Counted from the first letter of the stretch, positions 26,286 to 40,812 are shown. The stretch: 64,000 bases of DNA from Octopus vulgaris (GCA_951406725.2 OX597832.1:35464001-35528000), one strand, 5' to 3'. Numbers and translations are program-made. Notes: generated by a model from the sequence alone, not told the origin.

Positions 26286-28189
26286 ACGATAGTCTACTAG
26301 ACACACTTGGCTTATTCTACAAATGAATATATCGCTTCTATGTGCAAAGTTAATATCTAATTGTAGGAAGTTAAGTTTCATGTATTTTAATGAAGTTTGC
26401 AGGCGCAGTGCGGTGGAATTGAAACCTCGACCCATGGATGAAACTAAATGCTATAATGTAGTTTAATGTTTCTAGTCCAATTAATAAGGAGTTGCTTCGG
26501 ATCTAAGAAGCCTATGTTACTTTCTAGAGATATCCAATATTCGAGTTATCCTCTCCCCAGCGAAAACAAAATCTACATTAACCACCACTGACTACAAATA
26601 ACTATGTTCTTCCTTTTCCCCTCAAACATTCCTTAAATACTTTCTTTAGGGCGACAAGCTTACTTTTCAAGTCATCTTCCACTCCTTTATACATGCAAAG
26701 CCTTATATTAATTGTTGTTACTGTCCCCTGCTACTGGACAAGCTCTCGCCAGCCATCGCCAGCCATCGTTGCCCCACTTTTGTCTAGGCAGGTCATTGCC
26801 TTATCTTTTCAACATTGCCAAAAGACACACCTCAAGCTATATATACATCCGTACCGCTCTCGTTTTATTGCAAATTAGTCAATTGGTAGGATGTTTTAGT
26901 ACAAAAGCATTAAACACATTTAATTGGAAACGTTTATATGTAGGTGTGTATGTGCGAGCAAGTATTTCTCAGGGTGGTATATGTATATGGTGGCAAGTGT
27001 ATCTGCGGATCTGTTTATTGTATCGATGTGTGGTCTTGTTAATAAACATAAAAATGTGTGTGTGTGTGTGTGCGCGCGCACGCGCGCGTATGTTATGAAA
27101 GTAGTTATGTGTACGGCCCAGATGATCCCAGTTTAAGAAAAGCGATGGTTAAATATATGCCATCCACGATCATCTCATCTCAGATATGTATTCTGGACTA
27201 CATTATTCAATGGGGCCTTTTTCTTTTTTTTTGAAGACGAGATATACTTTGTCTGCTATATCTAGCATTTTGAAGGACTACGTAGACTTGTGATTCTCAA
27301 ACAAGAAATAAGTGGGACCAAGGAGGTATTTCAGTTTGGAATGGAAATGCAATGAAGGAAAGAATTTACTCTGAAAACAATTTAGAAATTAGAGAATCTA
27401 ACTCTGGATGTAACTACAATGTAGGCCTATTCTTTCTGGAATGTAAGTAACTTTGCCACCGGAAATGTTGCCACTGGTAACTTCTGGTGATTTCATTTCC
27501 ATAATTTCGTCTTAAAAAGTATATTCTATACATGGGACATTCGACACGCACAGAGTAGACATCACATCGAAGTAGTCAAGACAAGCAGCGCAATATCATT
27601 GGCACATTTTTGTTTGCAAAATAAGTCCTTGACCATCATCATAGTTTTGGCACTTGAGCACAAAGAAGAAATACCTATTGGTTGACATTGGAAAATGGTT
27701 TCACAAAAGTAGTAATAAGTAGCATTCTGAGATAGGGAAAATGATTTGGTCAAAAATAGCCGAGCAGGAACGGTGATCACAGTGACGAGCAACAGCCATT
27801 GAAACCAAGGACTTTTAGATGCATTACGCGCCTTGACATCGGGTAAACAAGCTGGCTATACAGATATAGAGGGCGTTAGACAACATTAAGGTTCAGACGA
27901 GGACCTCATCTGTTTCTCTTTTCCACACTGGCACGCAAGCTATGAGGACACAACTTGACTGGCCCTATCTTATGCCACAGGCCAACTTGCAGGTTGGAGC
28001 ATAGCACAGAAGACCACGGCCTTTACACACCAACCATTCTATTTATCATTCCATTGTGTATAGACGTGTGGCCACAATAACCGTGTTTAAGTTACAACCT
28101 TGCTTATAAATGTTCTTCATCCGGTTTCACTACCAGCGAGATTAAAGCCTTCTGAGAGTCACATTAGGTGGCTCAATAGCGACCTGCAC

Positions 28190-29130
28190 CATCGAAAGAC
28201 TTGTGTGCTGGAGCATTGTCCTGATGAAACAAAACTCCTTTCGTCAGTTTTCCTGAGCATTTGGTCTTGATAGCCTTTCGTAATTGTCTCAGCAAGTTAG
28301 CATAGTACTCCCCAACGATAGTGTGGCCCTTTTGAAGATAGACAATAAACATAATGCCTTTCGTATCCCCCCCCCCAAAAAAAACTGCGGCCATCACCTT
28401 CCCGGCAAATGAAACGACCTTGGCCTTCTTTGTATCAGGTGAGGAGGGCTGTTTCAACTGCATGTGTTATCTCTTTTTCTTTGGCTCAGAGTGATGAAGC
28501 CAACACACATCGTGGGTTACGGAAACGTCACAAGAAAACCATCTGGATCTGCTTCGAGCAATGTCAGGTTTTCCGTGAAGTGATCAGCCTGTTGCGCTTT
28601 TGATCTCGTGTCAGAAGACGTGGCATCCACCAAACAGAAACCTTTGACACACCAAGTTCATTATGCAGAATATTCTTAACTTACGCACAGGATATACTAA
28701 TAGCATTGACTATTTGATTTCAAGTCAATCGCCTGTTATCCAGGCGAACACGATCAATGTTTTCCTCGCTGGTGACAAATGCAGGACGTTCAGACTTTGG
28801 GTCATTTTCGATGCCCTCCCTTCCCCCCTCCTAAATTCAGCGACCCACTTTTGTCCTGTTGATAAAGCAGGCGCGTCATTCCCTAATGTAGCAACTATGT
28901 CAGCATGAATGTCCTTCGGGACTAAATTCTTTTCCTAGAGGTACTTGATAACAATATAATGCCAAATTTTGTCCATTTTCAAGAGAAGTCACTACCAGTT
29001 ACTTTTGAGGTCTTCTTTGAATAGTTGATATCAGTTTACCTGGAAAGAAACAATGCAGTTATTAACAAGAAAGGTTGAAAATAATGCATGCAAGATTTCA
29101 TAGCTCTAGCGTTACTTCTTCATAGGCAGC
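28190..29130 (-). mobile_element. Decayed mariner transposase copy (3'-truncated)
   Basis: MDKIWH..VIKYL near 28975; SAGKVMA-like and QKGHTI.GEYYANLLRQLRKAIK...KLTKGVLFHQDNAPAHKS. Confidence 0.85.
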
Positions 29131-30512
29131 CTAAAATTAAGAAAATTATTTGGGTGAACTCGTTTATACACCCACTTTGGCTTTTTTTTTCTCTTTTTTT
29201 CCCCATGATTTAGAAGGTACAGTGCCACAACCTTAGCACGGTTACAGTGAAATTTCTTCACTGGTTTGTTTTAAATAGTTGGAAGTTATTCATTAAAAAT
29301 ACAATATTGTTTGACTATCAAAATTAGTGATTCCAGGATTCCAAGAGAAACATTTGGGGATTCTAACGAGAGAAATTGCTTTGGAGATGAAAAATGATTA
29401 CCCTAGGTTTGCACTGCTTTTGTTAGATTATTGTTCTTACGATTGCTTATAAGGACAAGTTATTAATTTTCTTTTTATAAATAGGTGGTTGAATGTTGGA
29501 AATGGGTATGGTGACCCAGTAAAGAGGGAGGGTACAGACAAAGGTTAACTGGTATAATTGTTTTATTTATTTATGGCACATTTTAACCATTTTGCGTAAT
29601 AAAATTCCTTTCCATAATTTATGATATTCAGGCGATAGCACAGAAGACACGAACGTCGCACTAATTGCTAAAAACAGCATCCAACTCTCCCTCCAATCAT
29701 TAGTTGTATATTGTGGTTCTGGGGTCACTGAAGATCGGAAAGAGACAGATCAACAACGAATAAGTATGATGGTCAGCATCGCGATATGATGCTGCTGCTG
29801 CTGCTGTGAAAGGATCCTTAACGAAACGAGCGCCAAGTCACCTTTCCCGCTTTAAGCAATAAAGTACAAAACCAACAAACAAACAAAAAAAAGCGGAAGA
29901 AAAATACGCGTATTTCCTGTCAGTCCGGACTACACCAGACTTGGCTTGGCGGTAAATGATTTTTTTTCTAAGATTCTAACGTTGACTAAAACCGATGTAA
30001 ACTTAATCACAATTAATAAGTAACTAAACAACGTCACTTTCAGCGGCACCAACCTTTGATCCCTCACTTTTAATTAAGTTAAACCGATATTGACTGTTCT
30101 GTCGTTCTCTCCCATTTCATTTATTTTATTAAATAACAAATTAAACTCTACAGCCACCAGATAACATTAGGTTATATTTGAGGATTGCATTGAGTTTGTT
30201 ATTGTTTAAGACTCATATCCCTCATCCAGCATTTTTATGCAGACATCTCGTCTAAACCATTTTATATTTTAGTTTGTCCACTGTGTGCTAACATTTTTTT
30301 TTTGGCTCGGAAGGGTGCGATTTGAGGAAATTTAGCCACCATTTCGAGGATCTCTAGCAATCGCATTGGGGCTCTCTACTTGTTTTGCTATAACGATTGA
30401 TCCACGTTGATCACGTACACAAAGCATACACACACACATATGCATACATACACACACATACGTACAAACACTAAAACATCCATCCATCCATACATACATA
30501 CAAACACACATA

Positions 30513-30546
<34 letters not shown>

Positions 30547-30809
30547 AATATGTATTTTGGATTCCTCTGAAGATATGATCAGGTCATCAATATCAATATA
30601 TATATACCAATATACTATATCTTAGTATATATGTATATATATCGTCTGTATAAAACATATATATAAAACTCACACGCGCGCGCACACACACGTTCCAACG
30701 CACGAAACACTTGGCACTTGAGTCACTCTGTTGCTAAATATTAATAAAAATATACATATACTCATGTTTTGAGTTCTATTTTTCCAGTTTGCACCAACAT
30801 ACCTATACG

Positions 30810-31095
30810 TCTATTCTTTGTAAGCCTACTACTTATTCTATCGGCCTTTTTTTGCCGAATCGAAAAGTTTCGGGGACGTAAACAATTCAATATCGGTTGT
30901 GAAGTGGTGGTGGGACACACGGACACACACGCTCATATATATATATGGGCTTCTTTCATTTTCCGTCTATCAAATCCACTCTCAAGGCTTTGGTCGGCCG
31001 AGGCTATAGTGGAAGACACTTGCCCAAGCTGCTGCACATTGGGACAGAACCCGGAACCATGTGGTCTGTAAGCAAGCTACTTACAACACAACCAC
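30810..31095 (-). mobile_element. SINE family A (reverse)
   Basis: Matches the reverse complement of family A (AAATCCACTCTCAAGGCTTTGGTCGGCCGAGGCTATAG...). Confidence 0.8.
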
Positions 31096-31159
31096 TCACA
31101 CACACATATATATATGTACCCCAGCAAGCTCACTGCCTTAGGGCTGAAGCATGTAAAAG

Positions 31160-31555
<396 letters not shown>

Positions 31556-31637
31556 AAAAAACAATTTTTTGTCACGTTCCCAAAAGTTGCGTCAGTACTA
31601 TGTTAATAGTTATTAGTGTGTCAGAGAAACGGGCGAT

Positions 31638-31669
<32 letters not shown>

Positions 31670-32185
31670 CACACGCACACACACACACACACACATACAC
31701 ACACACATACACGCGCACACACACACACACACACACTCACATGTATGTTCTAGTTTTAAATGAAAACATCTGAGCACTTGTTTACGAATTACTGCGTGAT
31801 ATTTTATGGAGAGAAAAGTGGAGTATCGTAACAGTAGTAGTGTTAGTAATATAAAGAGAAAACAATTGAAGTGAAGGCGATAGTCAACAGTAGGAATTGT
31901 AATCAAATATATTTTATTTTTAGATATTTTGCAATCGTTCTAACTTTGATAAACTTCTCTCCCGGATAAACTTCTCTCTTTTCATAATTGATTACTTTAT
32001 TGCTCGACTTTAAATAAACTTTACGATATACGAAATGTAAATTCAAATCTCTTGAATTTTCACAGTCTCTTTGAGTTTTCGCCTACCAAATCCACTCAGA
32101 AGGGTTTGGTCGGTTCAGGGGTTACAGTAAGGAGACATTTGTGCTGAACCCGAATCATACTGTTGGGGAATATTTCTTAACTATG

Positions 32186-32256
<71 letters not shown>

Positions 32257-32364
32257 ATAAGGGTAAATAATTATTAATTATAAAATAAACCAACAATTAT
32301 TTTCAGGTAGATTTCGCTATGTAAATATAACCATTCTCGGTAGGAACTTTTCTTAAAGTTCTAT

Positions 32365-32451
<87 letters not shown>

Positions 32452-32664
32452 TTACTTGGAAAAGGATGTGTCTCGTTTCTCTGTTTTTTTTTTTTCGTTA
32501 TTCGAAAAAAGTTCGTTTCTATGTTTTTGTTTTTATGTTTTCGTTTCTCATTGTGTTCAACATTGTTTTGATGTCTTGTACCCATGCATGTATATATACA
32601 TATATATGTAGGTATGTACATATATGTATGTATATATGCATATATTTATATAATATAATATATA

Positions 32665-32987
32665 AGCCTGGCTTAGTGGTTAGGGGCATTCGGCTCATGA
32701 TTGTAAGGTCGTGAGTTCAATTCCTGGCGGCGCGTTGTGTGTGTCCTTGAGCAAGACACTTTATTTCACGTTGCTCCAGTCCACTCAGCTGACAAAAAAT
32801 GAGTGGTACCTGTATTTCAAAGGGTCAGCCTTGACGCACACTGTGTCACGCTGTATCTCTCCAAGAACTACGTTAAGGGTACACGTGTCTGTGGAGTGCC
32901 CAGCCACTTACACGTTAATTTCACGTGCAAGCTGTTCCGTTGATCGTATCAGCTGGGACCCTTGTCGTCGCAACCGACGGAGTGCTC
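32665..32987 (+). mobile_element. Full-length tRNA-headed SINE family B
   Basis: A-box TGGCTTAGTGG, B-box GAGTTCAATTCC; body matches the 46260-46585 copy. Confidence 0.85.
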
Positions 32988-33026
<39 letters not shown>

Positions 33027-33054
33027 TCTCACTCTCTCTCTCTCTCTCTCTCTC

Positions 33055-33106
<52 letters not shown>

Positions 33107-33108
<2 letters not shown>

Positions 33109-33470
33109 TTCAGTCCCACCTTGGGCAAGTGTCTTCTATAGCCTCGGGCCAAACAAAGCTTTGTGAGTGGATATGGTAGACAGAAACTGAAAGAAGTCCT
33201 TCGTATATATATATATATATGTATATGTGTATGTGTTTGTGTGTCTGTGTTTGTCCCTCCCATCATCGCTTGACAACCGATGTTGGTGTGTTTATGTTGC
33301 CGTAACATAGTGGTTTGGCAAAAGAGACCCATAAAATAGTTATTACTGTGTTAGAGAAATGGACGCTTACTCTTATAAAGAATAAGTTCTGGGGTTGATT
33401 TGTTCGACTGAAGGTGGTGCTCCAGCATGGCCACAGTGAAATGATTGAAACAAGTAATAGAATAAAAGAA
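33107..33470 (+). mobile_element. SINE family A
   Basis: GGTTCAGTCCCACC TTGGGCAAGTGTCTTC...GGTGCTCCAGCATGGCC...GAAACAAGTAA, with an internal (TA)/(TG) tract. Confidence 0.85.
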
Positions 33471-34419
33471 TATCTATATGTATATCTATAGTGTACGTTT
33501 TTGATATGCATCATCATCATCATTTAATGTCCGTTCTCTATGCTGGCATCGGTTAGACTGTTTGACTGGAACTATGGAACTAGTAAGCACTGGGCCCCGG
33601 TTGTCTGTTTTAGCATGGTTTTTACATGTCACTAGGACTGGCAATGGCCATAATTTACTTAGCTGGACATATCTTCTCAAGCACAGCAAATCACCAAATA
33701 TCTTGGTCACTTGTCATTGCACAAGTACACATGTGTACATGAAGGTGCAGACATGGCTGTGTGGTTGACAAGTTCACTTTTCAACCACATGGTTTTTGAG
33801 TTCAGTCCCTTCATGTGGTACTTTGGCTATGTATTATCTTTCATAGCCCCTGTCCAACCAAAGCTTTGTGAGTGGGTCTTCTAGACAGAAACTAAAGAAA
33901 TTTTCATATGTATGTGTATGTGTGTGTGTGTGTGTGCTTGTATGTTTCCCTTGTGTTCAGTGGTGTGTGAACAATGCCTTGCTACCTGTGTTGTTATCAT
34001 GCAATCCACCATGAAATGATATCCAGGTTTCTTCAATTATCTTGACATGTTGCATGATCTTTCTAAACAAAAGGCTCCTTAAACAGTCATTTTTTTTTCA
34101 GTTTCTTCCATGAAATATGTCTCGGCTTGTAATTGTTGAATTGATGAGGAGTTGGTGACAGGAAGAGTAACTTTCTCAAGTATTTTTGTTTGAGCCATGC
34201 AAGTATGGAAATGTAGACATTGAAATGACTTAATATACATGTATATTCACAAAGATGTAGAACATCATTTGGTCAGATATCTGGCAGGCTGACTCCACTG
34301 CATGAAATTTGTAATCCATACTGCTTTTGACACAACCAAATTCAACAACCCTTCACACATAAGGTAGAAATGAAAGTCTTTCCTGTCTCTTGTGTACTGG
34401 AAGAGAGTCCCTTCAACCT

Positions 34420-35140
34420 CTCCTCATGCAGCTGCCCTAGAACCTTTGCTGATGATCCTTTATGTTGGCAATATGCTCAGGTGCTTGAGGTGGTTGCATC
34501 AGTGATTACAGCCCACCCTAGGAATGAGGCCATCACTTTTCTCAAAGCTGAAGAGAAGCCCAGTTTAACTGAAACCTCAAATTCTGTGCCTACTTTCCAC
34601 AGCCCAAGATTTGCAGCTGAGAGTATGTCTCTTCAAACAATTAGAGTTTCCATGGCGCATAACAATGGCTTTCCGTCCGTGCATAGTTATCTTCTCAAAT
34701 TTCATCATGTAGGAACTTGGGAACTGATCATGCTGTGTGATGAACACATAGCGGAAGCTCAAGAGAGAAGGCTTACTAAATACCAGGAGCTAGTTGAGCA
34801 GTGCAGATGTGAAGGCTGGCAGGTATATTGTGAATCAGTTGAGGTAGGTTGCTAGGTTTTTGTGGGGCATTCCATTTGCAAAGCTCTGACTGGGATTAGA
34901 GTTATTGGTGCAACAGAGAGGAGGGCCATAGATTCCATTACTGAGGCTGCAGAGAAAGCTATTTGATGGCTTTGGATAAAATTGACACACTAATGGATTG
35001 CTGCTACAGAGATGTAAGTTGGGATTTGAACAGCTGCAGCTCGGTCAGCCGGATGATTGGAGTCTGATGTTGAAGACCTAAAATCCCCTAAGACCTCAGA
35101 AACATCACTAATAATGCATCCAGAGCATCTGTTGAGGTGT
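34420..35140 (+). mobile_element. Second decayed HERO-clade LINE 3' end
   Basis: CSCPR...W...QVL...EHIAEAQERRLTKYQELVEQCRCEGWQVYCESVEVGC, then AEKAI*WLWIK; 3' UTR homologous to 12660-12790. Confidence 0.8.
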
Positions 35141-35942
35141 ATCTATGTTATATATGTAATACACACTGAAATGTTGCATCCCCTAGCAGACAATACAAGA
35201 GAGATAATCATTTTTTCATAGTATTTGGTGGGATTAGAACTTTGAATTTGAAATTAAAGAATAAGGAAATTACAAATGTCTTAAAATTTCTTGTGTGTAA
35301 TAATCCTGTATAGCATTATTTCATCCTTTGATTTATTTTTCATTATCACCAAGCATTAGTAGTTTAGCAATTGAAAGAAAAGAGGAAGTTCTGAGAGTCA
35401 ACATACAGATTAACTGTTTCCAAGGAGTTCTAGCTTAGGAAGGTCTTTTATAGTAGCTAATATATTTCAATTTGAAGTTCAAAAGCCATTTTTGATTCAT
35501 TCTTTCAGGTGTAAATATTGGTTTCAGGCTGTTATTTCAGAGTAGTAATCTCTCATTACCTTGTGGAAGAGACTCTCTTTGTCAATGTTGCATCTTGTCT
35601 TTTCGTCAACAATTTGGTTGGATTATTTTGAATTCACAAAATGAATTTCTGTGCAGATGAATATAAGCATAACACCAACGGAAAGCAGAAAAGCAACTAA
35701 TGGCTTTATAACAATAATGTTTCAACTCTTTCAAAATGATTTAACATCTTTATTTAATAGTTTCATTCCTTATAGAAATACAACTTTGTTCTGCTTGTTA
35801 CATAGCACGATTGACAAATTGTTAAAACACAGACTAAGTGTTGCACTCTTAAAATAATTGTTACCCAGCTTAAAAAAAAAAAAAAATTATAACCTATACT
35901 ATGCATTTGTATGCATGGGTGAGTGAATATATATATATATAT

Positions 35943-35988
<46 letters not shown>

Positions 35989-36009
35989 TAAATTATATAT
36001 ATAAATTAT

Positions 36010-36372
36010 ATGGTAAGTAGCTTGCTTACCAACCGCGTGGCACCTTGGGCAAGTGTCTTCTACTATAGCCTCGGGCCAACCAAAGCTTCGTGAGTGGATT
36101 TGGTAGACGGAAACTGAAAGAAGCCTGTCGTATATATGTATATATATGTATATGTATGTGTGTGTTTGTGTGTCTGTGTTTGCCCCCCTAGCATTGCTTG
36201 ACAACCGATGCTGGTGTGTTTACGTCCCCGTTACTTAGCAGTTCGGCAAAAGAGACCGATAGAATAAGTACTGGGCTTACAAAAAATAAGTCCCGGGGTC
36301 GATTTGCTCGACTAAAGGCGGTGCTCCAGCATGGCCGCAGTCAAATGACTGAAACAAGTAAAAGAGTAAAAG
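36010..36372 (+). mobile_element. SINE family A
   Basis: Well-conserved copy of the family A consensus. Confidence 0.88.
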
Positions 36373-36717
36373 AGTATATACATATACACACACATACACT
36401 CATATATATACATGCATATATGGGTACATGATGTCACAAACAATAAACAACAAGAAATATGAAAACAAATAAATTGAATACGCAAACAACGAGAGAAACA
36501 AATGGAAAACAGGACAAGTAACATAAAATACGACAACCTTCATCAGTTGTCCGCCACCCATCATGATGCTCGTTGTCAGCCATTTTGAATATTGAAATTC
36601 AAAATGGCTGATACTAGCATCACGTTTGAAACTCAAAGAGCACCAATGAATTTGAATCAGACTCTTTTGATCCATACATGTGACTACAATTTGTTGAGTG
36701 GCCTTTTCGTTTGTCCA

Positions 36718-36748
<31 letters not shown>

Positions 36749-37292
36749 GTGTTCTTTTTATTTGTTTCAGTCATTCTACTGAACATAGAACATAAAGACA
36801 GATGAAATACCACAAAACATTTCGCTTGGCATGTTAACCTTTCTGCCAGCTCGCTGCCTTAAAAAACGAACAAGAATGATAAATTCTTTTTTTTTTTTTT
36901 CTACTCTAGGCACAAGACCCCAAATTTTTGGGGAGGGGGGGGGGAGCAGTCGATTTGATCGACTCCAGTACACAATTGGTACTTGATTTATCGACCCCGA
37001 AAGGATGAAAGGCAAAGTCATCCTTGGTGGTACTTGAACTCAGAATGTAAAGACAGACGAACAAACAATCAAATAATGATCGAAGGAAAATTACCAAAAT
37101 CCCAGACCAAACATGGGACAAAAAAAATGTATCTAAAAAAATCCCTCCAAAGAAACAGTAATTATATGATCAACTCCATTAGTTTACGGCTGTTTCTGCT
37201 ACAAGAAGCTGTGCACTCAGAGCCGAGTGCTTGTGCAGCAAATGTATGCAAGTAATAAGGTACGTAAACACAGTTAGGCTTGATAGATACAG

Positions 37293-37690
37293 ATGCAGGT
37301 GTGGCTGTGTGGTAAGAAATTTTATTCCCAACCACATGGTTCAGGTTCAGTCCCACCGCATGGTACCTCGGTAAATGTCTTGTACTATAGCCTCAGGCTG
37401 ACAAAAGCCTTGTAAGTGGATTTGGAAGACGGAAACTGAAAGAAGCTTGCCATATATATATATAGATATATATATATCTGTGTGTCTTTGTGTTTGTTTG
37501 TCCACCACCACTTGACAGCCAGTGTTGGAGTTTATGTCCCTTTAACTTAACAGTTCAGCAAAAGAGACTGATAGGATAAGTATCAAGCTTTACAAAAATA
37601 CTTAGTTTGGGAGTTGATTTGTTTGACTAAAATTCTTCAAGGCAGAGCCTCAACATGACTGCAGTCTAATGACTGAAACCTGTGAAGGAT
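37293..37690 (+). mobile_element. Full-length SINE family A
   Basis: GCAGGTGTGGCTGTGTGGTAAG head with GGTTCAGTCCC B-box-like, through the ATGACTGAAAC tail. Confidence 0.85.
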
Positions 37691-38300
37691 ATTTACAGGG
37701 CAACACAAAATACAGATCATGAAATAAAAGAAAAATATACAACAGAGAGAAATTGTGTGAAGTCATTATATAATTCCTCTCTATTTTTTTCTTTATTTTA
37801 TATACTTTATTTTGTGCTTCATGTAGATTTATTTATGAAGTCTGTGTTTATGTAACTTATTACCTTCATAACATCTCAATTTCGATTTCACTTATAGCTA
37901 CTGTTGATGTTGTGGACCTTGCCCTCAATGAAGACGTCAAAATTTAAGTTTACATTCATTTGAGCACTCCCTACTGTTATTTATACTGAGCTTACATGGC
38001 TCTCACTAACTTTCTATGCATGCATGTATGTATGGATGGATGGATGGTATACTTTCGGCTTGTGACCACAACTTAAAATAGGGAATGCTGACACTATTCG
38101 GTATTGTACAGGCATGCGTGTCTGTTAGTCATCCCACATTATTTATTTTTAAGAATGGAGATTAAAATTTTGCCAAAAGGAAAATAAATTCAACCTTTAT
38201 ATATATATATATATATATATTAAGATCGCCATGTTGATTCGTTAGTTACTGCACGCATTTTTTTCTCTCCTTCTTTCTGTGTTTTTTTTCTCTCTGTGTA

Positions 38301-38338
38301 TCTTTTTGTTGAAGAGCGTAGGCTCGAAACGTTAAAGA
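38301..38338 (+). ncRNA. Degenerate minimal hammerhead-like motif, related to the 5927/6652 repeats
   Basis: TCTTT-TTGTTGA-A-GAGC-GTAG-GCTC-GAA-ACGT-T-AAAGA: stem I UCUUU/AAAGA and stem II intact, core mutated. Confidence 0.45.
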
Positions 38339-38523
38339 CTTGTTTTATTTATATTCCCTGAGCGCCATACTAATACAATTGTTTGTTTGTTTCCCACCTG
38401 CCTTCGTCTTTTGTCTAGTTTCATAAAGCTTCCCGTTATATATATTAATACTTGTGGATGGTCAACACGATTTCTCAAGAATCTTGCAAAACAAATACAT
38501 AAACACACACACACATATATTAT

Positions 38524-38986
38524 GTGCACCATCCCCGACTTTGTTTCCTCATAACGTTTAGAAAATGTGTTTTTTAATGAAACTTTCTACAGATATGCTT
38601 CATATGATGTAGATTACAATTATACCGGAATTTATTGTGAAAAATGTTTTCCAAGGATGGAGGAGTTTCGAAAAATTCACACGAATCGGCTTTGTTGCCT
38701 CATGCCTTTCAGAAAAACGAGTATTTCTTTTAATGAAATTTTCTATAAATACTTTTCAGGTGGTGTATATTAGAAATATATGAGAATATAATTTGTAAAA
38801 TAAAATTGTTGGACACGTACTCATATACACATCACATTGTTTTCGAAATTTCAAGTGATGTCTGTCAGTATGTGTGCAAGCCTACCATTTTTTTTTTCTT
38901 TAATAAATTCCTACATAATCCTAATCTACACCATCTGAAAGGTATTTCTAAAATTCACGAGGAAACCAAGTTGGGGAGGGGTATAC
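38524..38986. mobile_element. MITE-like element with ~27-bp imperfect TIRs
   Basis: GTGCACCATCCCCGACTTTGTTTCCTC ... GAGGAAACCAAGTTGGGGAGGGGTATAC; internal direct and inverted subrepeats. Confidence 0.55.
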
Positions 38987-39859
38987 TTGTGTAGGTATGT
39001 CGTAAATATATATATATATATATGAGTGTGTGCAAGTAATTAACAGCGCTGTTAATTACTGAAAAACTAATAGGTGGAGACCAAAGTGCGCTGAAGAACG
39101 AACCACACTAAACTCCACTCTTTAGTTTTAGGAGACGAGAACCTGATCACGACCGAATAACACCATTTTAAACCTTCCGCCACAAAATAGGTCTTTGCAC
39201 TTGAGACTTCTTGAAAACAATATTATCATTCTAGAATTTTACAAATCAATGATTTTAGTTTAAATCAGGAAAACAAAACTACTGAGAATGGCCGTTGCAG
39301 AGTATGGTTAAATATGGCGTTTTGTAATAGTTCTTTGTGTAGTAAGCCGTAGTGTTGGCGGGCTGTGAATGTCCTCCCCACGTCGGTAGACGGGCACCGA
39401 TTCGATTTGGTAAGTTCGACATTATTTATCATTCTTTCAATAAGCATTGCTTAAAGACAAATTTCTTTATTATTGGCCCAAATATTCTAAAGTAGTTTTA
39501 AAAATTATAAATATTTCTCCGTTTTGTTACACCAAATTTCCGAAGACCCTCACAGAATCGCTCGAATCGGGTTCAGTCGTTGCCCTTTAAACATTTTGAG
39601 TTCAAACCGCGCCGAAGTCAGCTTTGATTTCATTCTTCGGGGTCTGTAAAATAGTTATGAACTACTGAGGTCAGTGTCTATATTAAATCCTATATTTGAA
39701 TGCTATTTTAATCAAAGAATCCTGCCGTTTCCCCCCCATGTGCTTCTCAACTCATTATTTCTCCTTCTCAACTCTTTTCATCTGTTTTGCCGTTTAAAAG
39801 TTGCTAAATTATCCATTTTCCCATTTTCCTCTTCTTCTCTTCTATAAATCCAATGTCTT

Positions 39860-39990
39860 TGTCCGTTTCTCTCGCCGCCTCCCCTCCTCACCCTCCTGCA
39901 GTAGTTGAAGCTACCGAGGTAAATATTAGTGAATTGCCGTAGGTATATATTTAGAGAGGAAGTCAGCTGTGTGACCAGTCTTCCACCCGA
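39860..39990 (+). promoter_or_regulatory. Possible core promoter of the + strand gene
   Basis: Repeat-free, C-rich segment; TATATA at 39944; Inr-like CCAGTC ~33 nt downstream; lies 5' of a unique ~0.85-kb leader ending in the coding exon. Confidence 0.25.
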
Positions 39991-40812
39991 CACACATCCT
40001 GCCTTCTACTCCGGCTGCATGTTCAAACTTGACGACAGCAGCAACAACAACAACCACCACAACAGCTGGTTTATGACATCATGAACGACACACATCCTTC
40101 ACACACCCACTGCTAATTGCTTTTGCTATATATCACTAATTCACTCCTCATTTTATCATTACACATTAAAGGTTCCACTCACTCTTGCTGCTCTCTCTCA
40201 TCAAACTTCAATTATTTTTTACTTGTTCCCTGTTATTTAATATATTTCTAGTTTCTCAACTGATTTCCCCCTCAACCTTCAAATCGCAGCTAAAAAAAAT
40301 TTGAAATTGTTTAACTGAGAAACTTTTCCATGTTTTTATTATTTCCCAACTTAGTAATATTTCTGTGTTGGTATTGTCAGCTGGGGCATGTATAAACACG
40401 ACACCACCGGTCACTGGTTTATCTACTATATTTTATAAGACAAACAACACCAGTCTGAACCTATTCTCTCTCTCTCTACACCAAATAGTTGTCTTTATTA
40501 TCTAAAGAGGTGGCAGCATTACGATCGCCACTCGCCTCAGCTTGCTTCTTGGAATCGGATTTGCTCAGACAAGAATGACACCAGATCACTAATCACTAGT
40601 TCCGTACCTCAGTGGAGAATAGGGAAAAAATAGTTGTTTTGAAAAAAGACTGTAAAAAACAAATCTCCAACAAGAAAGCAGCTTCTGTTGTCACTTTTTT
40701 GGTCGACCGTTAACATATGAAACTTCGTCTTTTGACGGTGCAGCTGAGATATTCAGGGGTTCTGTGACCCTTAGCCTAACTTCTTTGCAAGTACACATCC
40801 ATCGTCTTAAGA

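Noticed and set aside
36535-36555. Minus-strand GACAA-CTGATGA-AGG
   Set aside because: Core only; no GAAA or stem III nearby in this copy.
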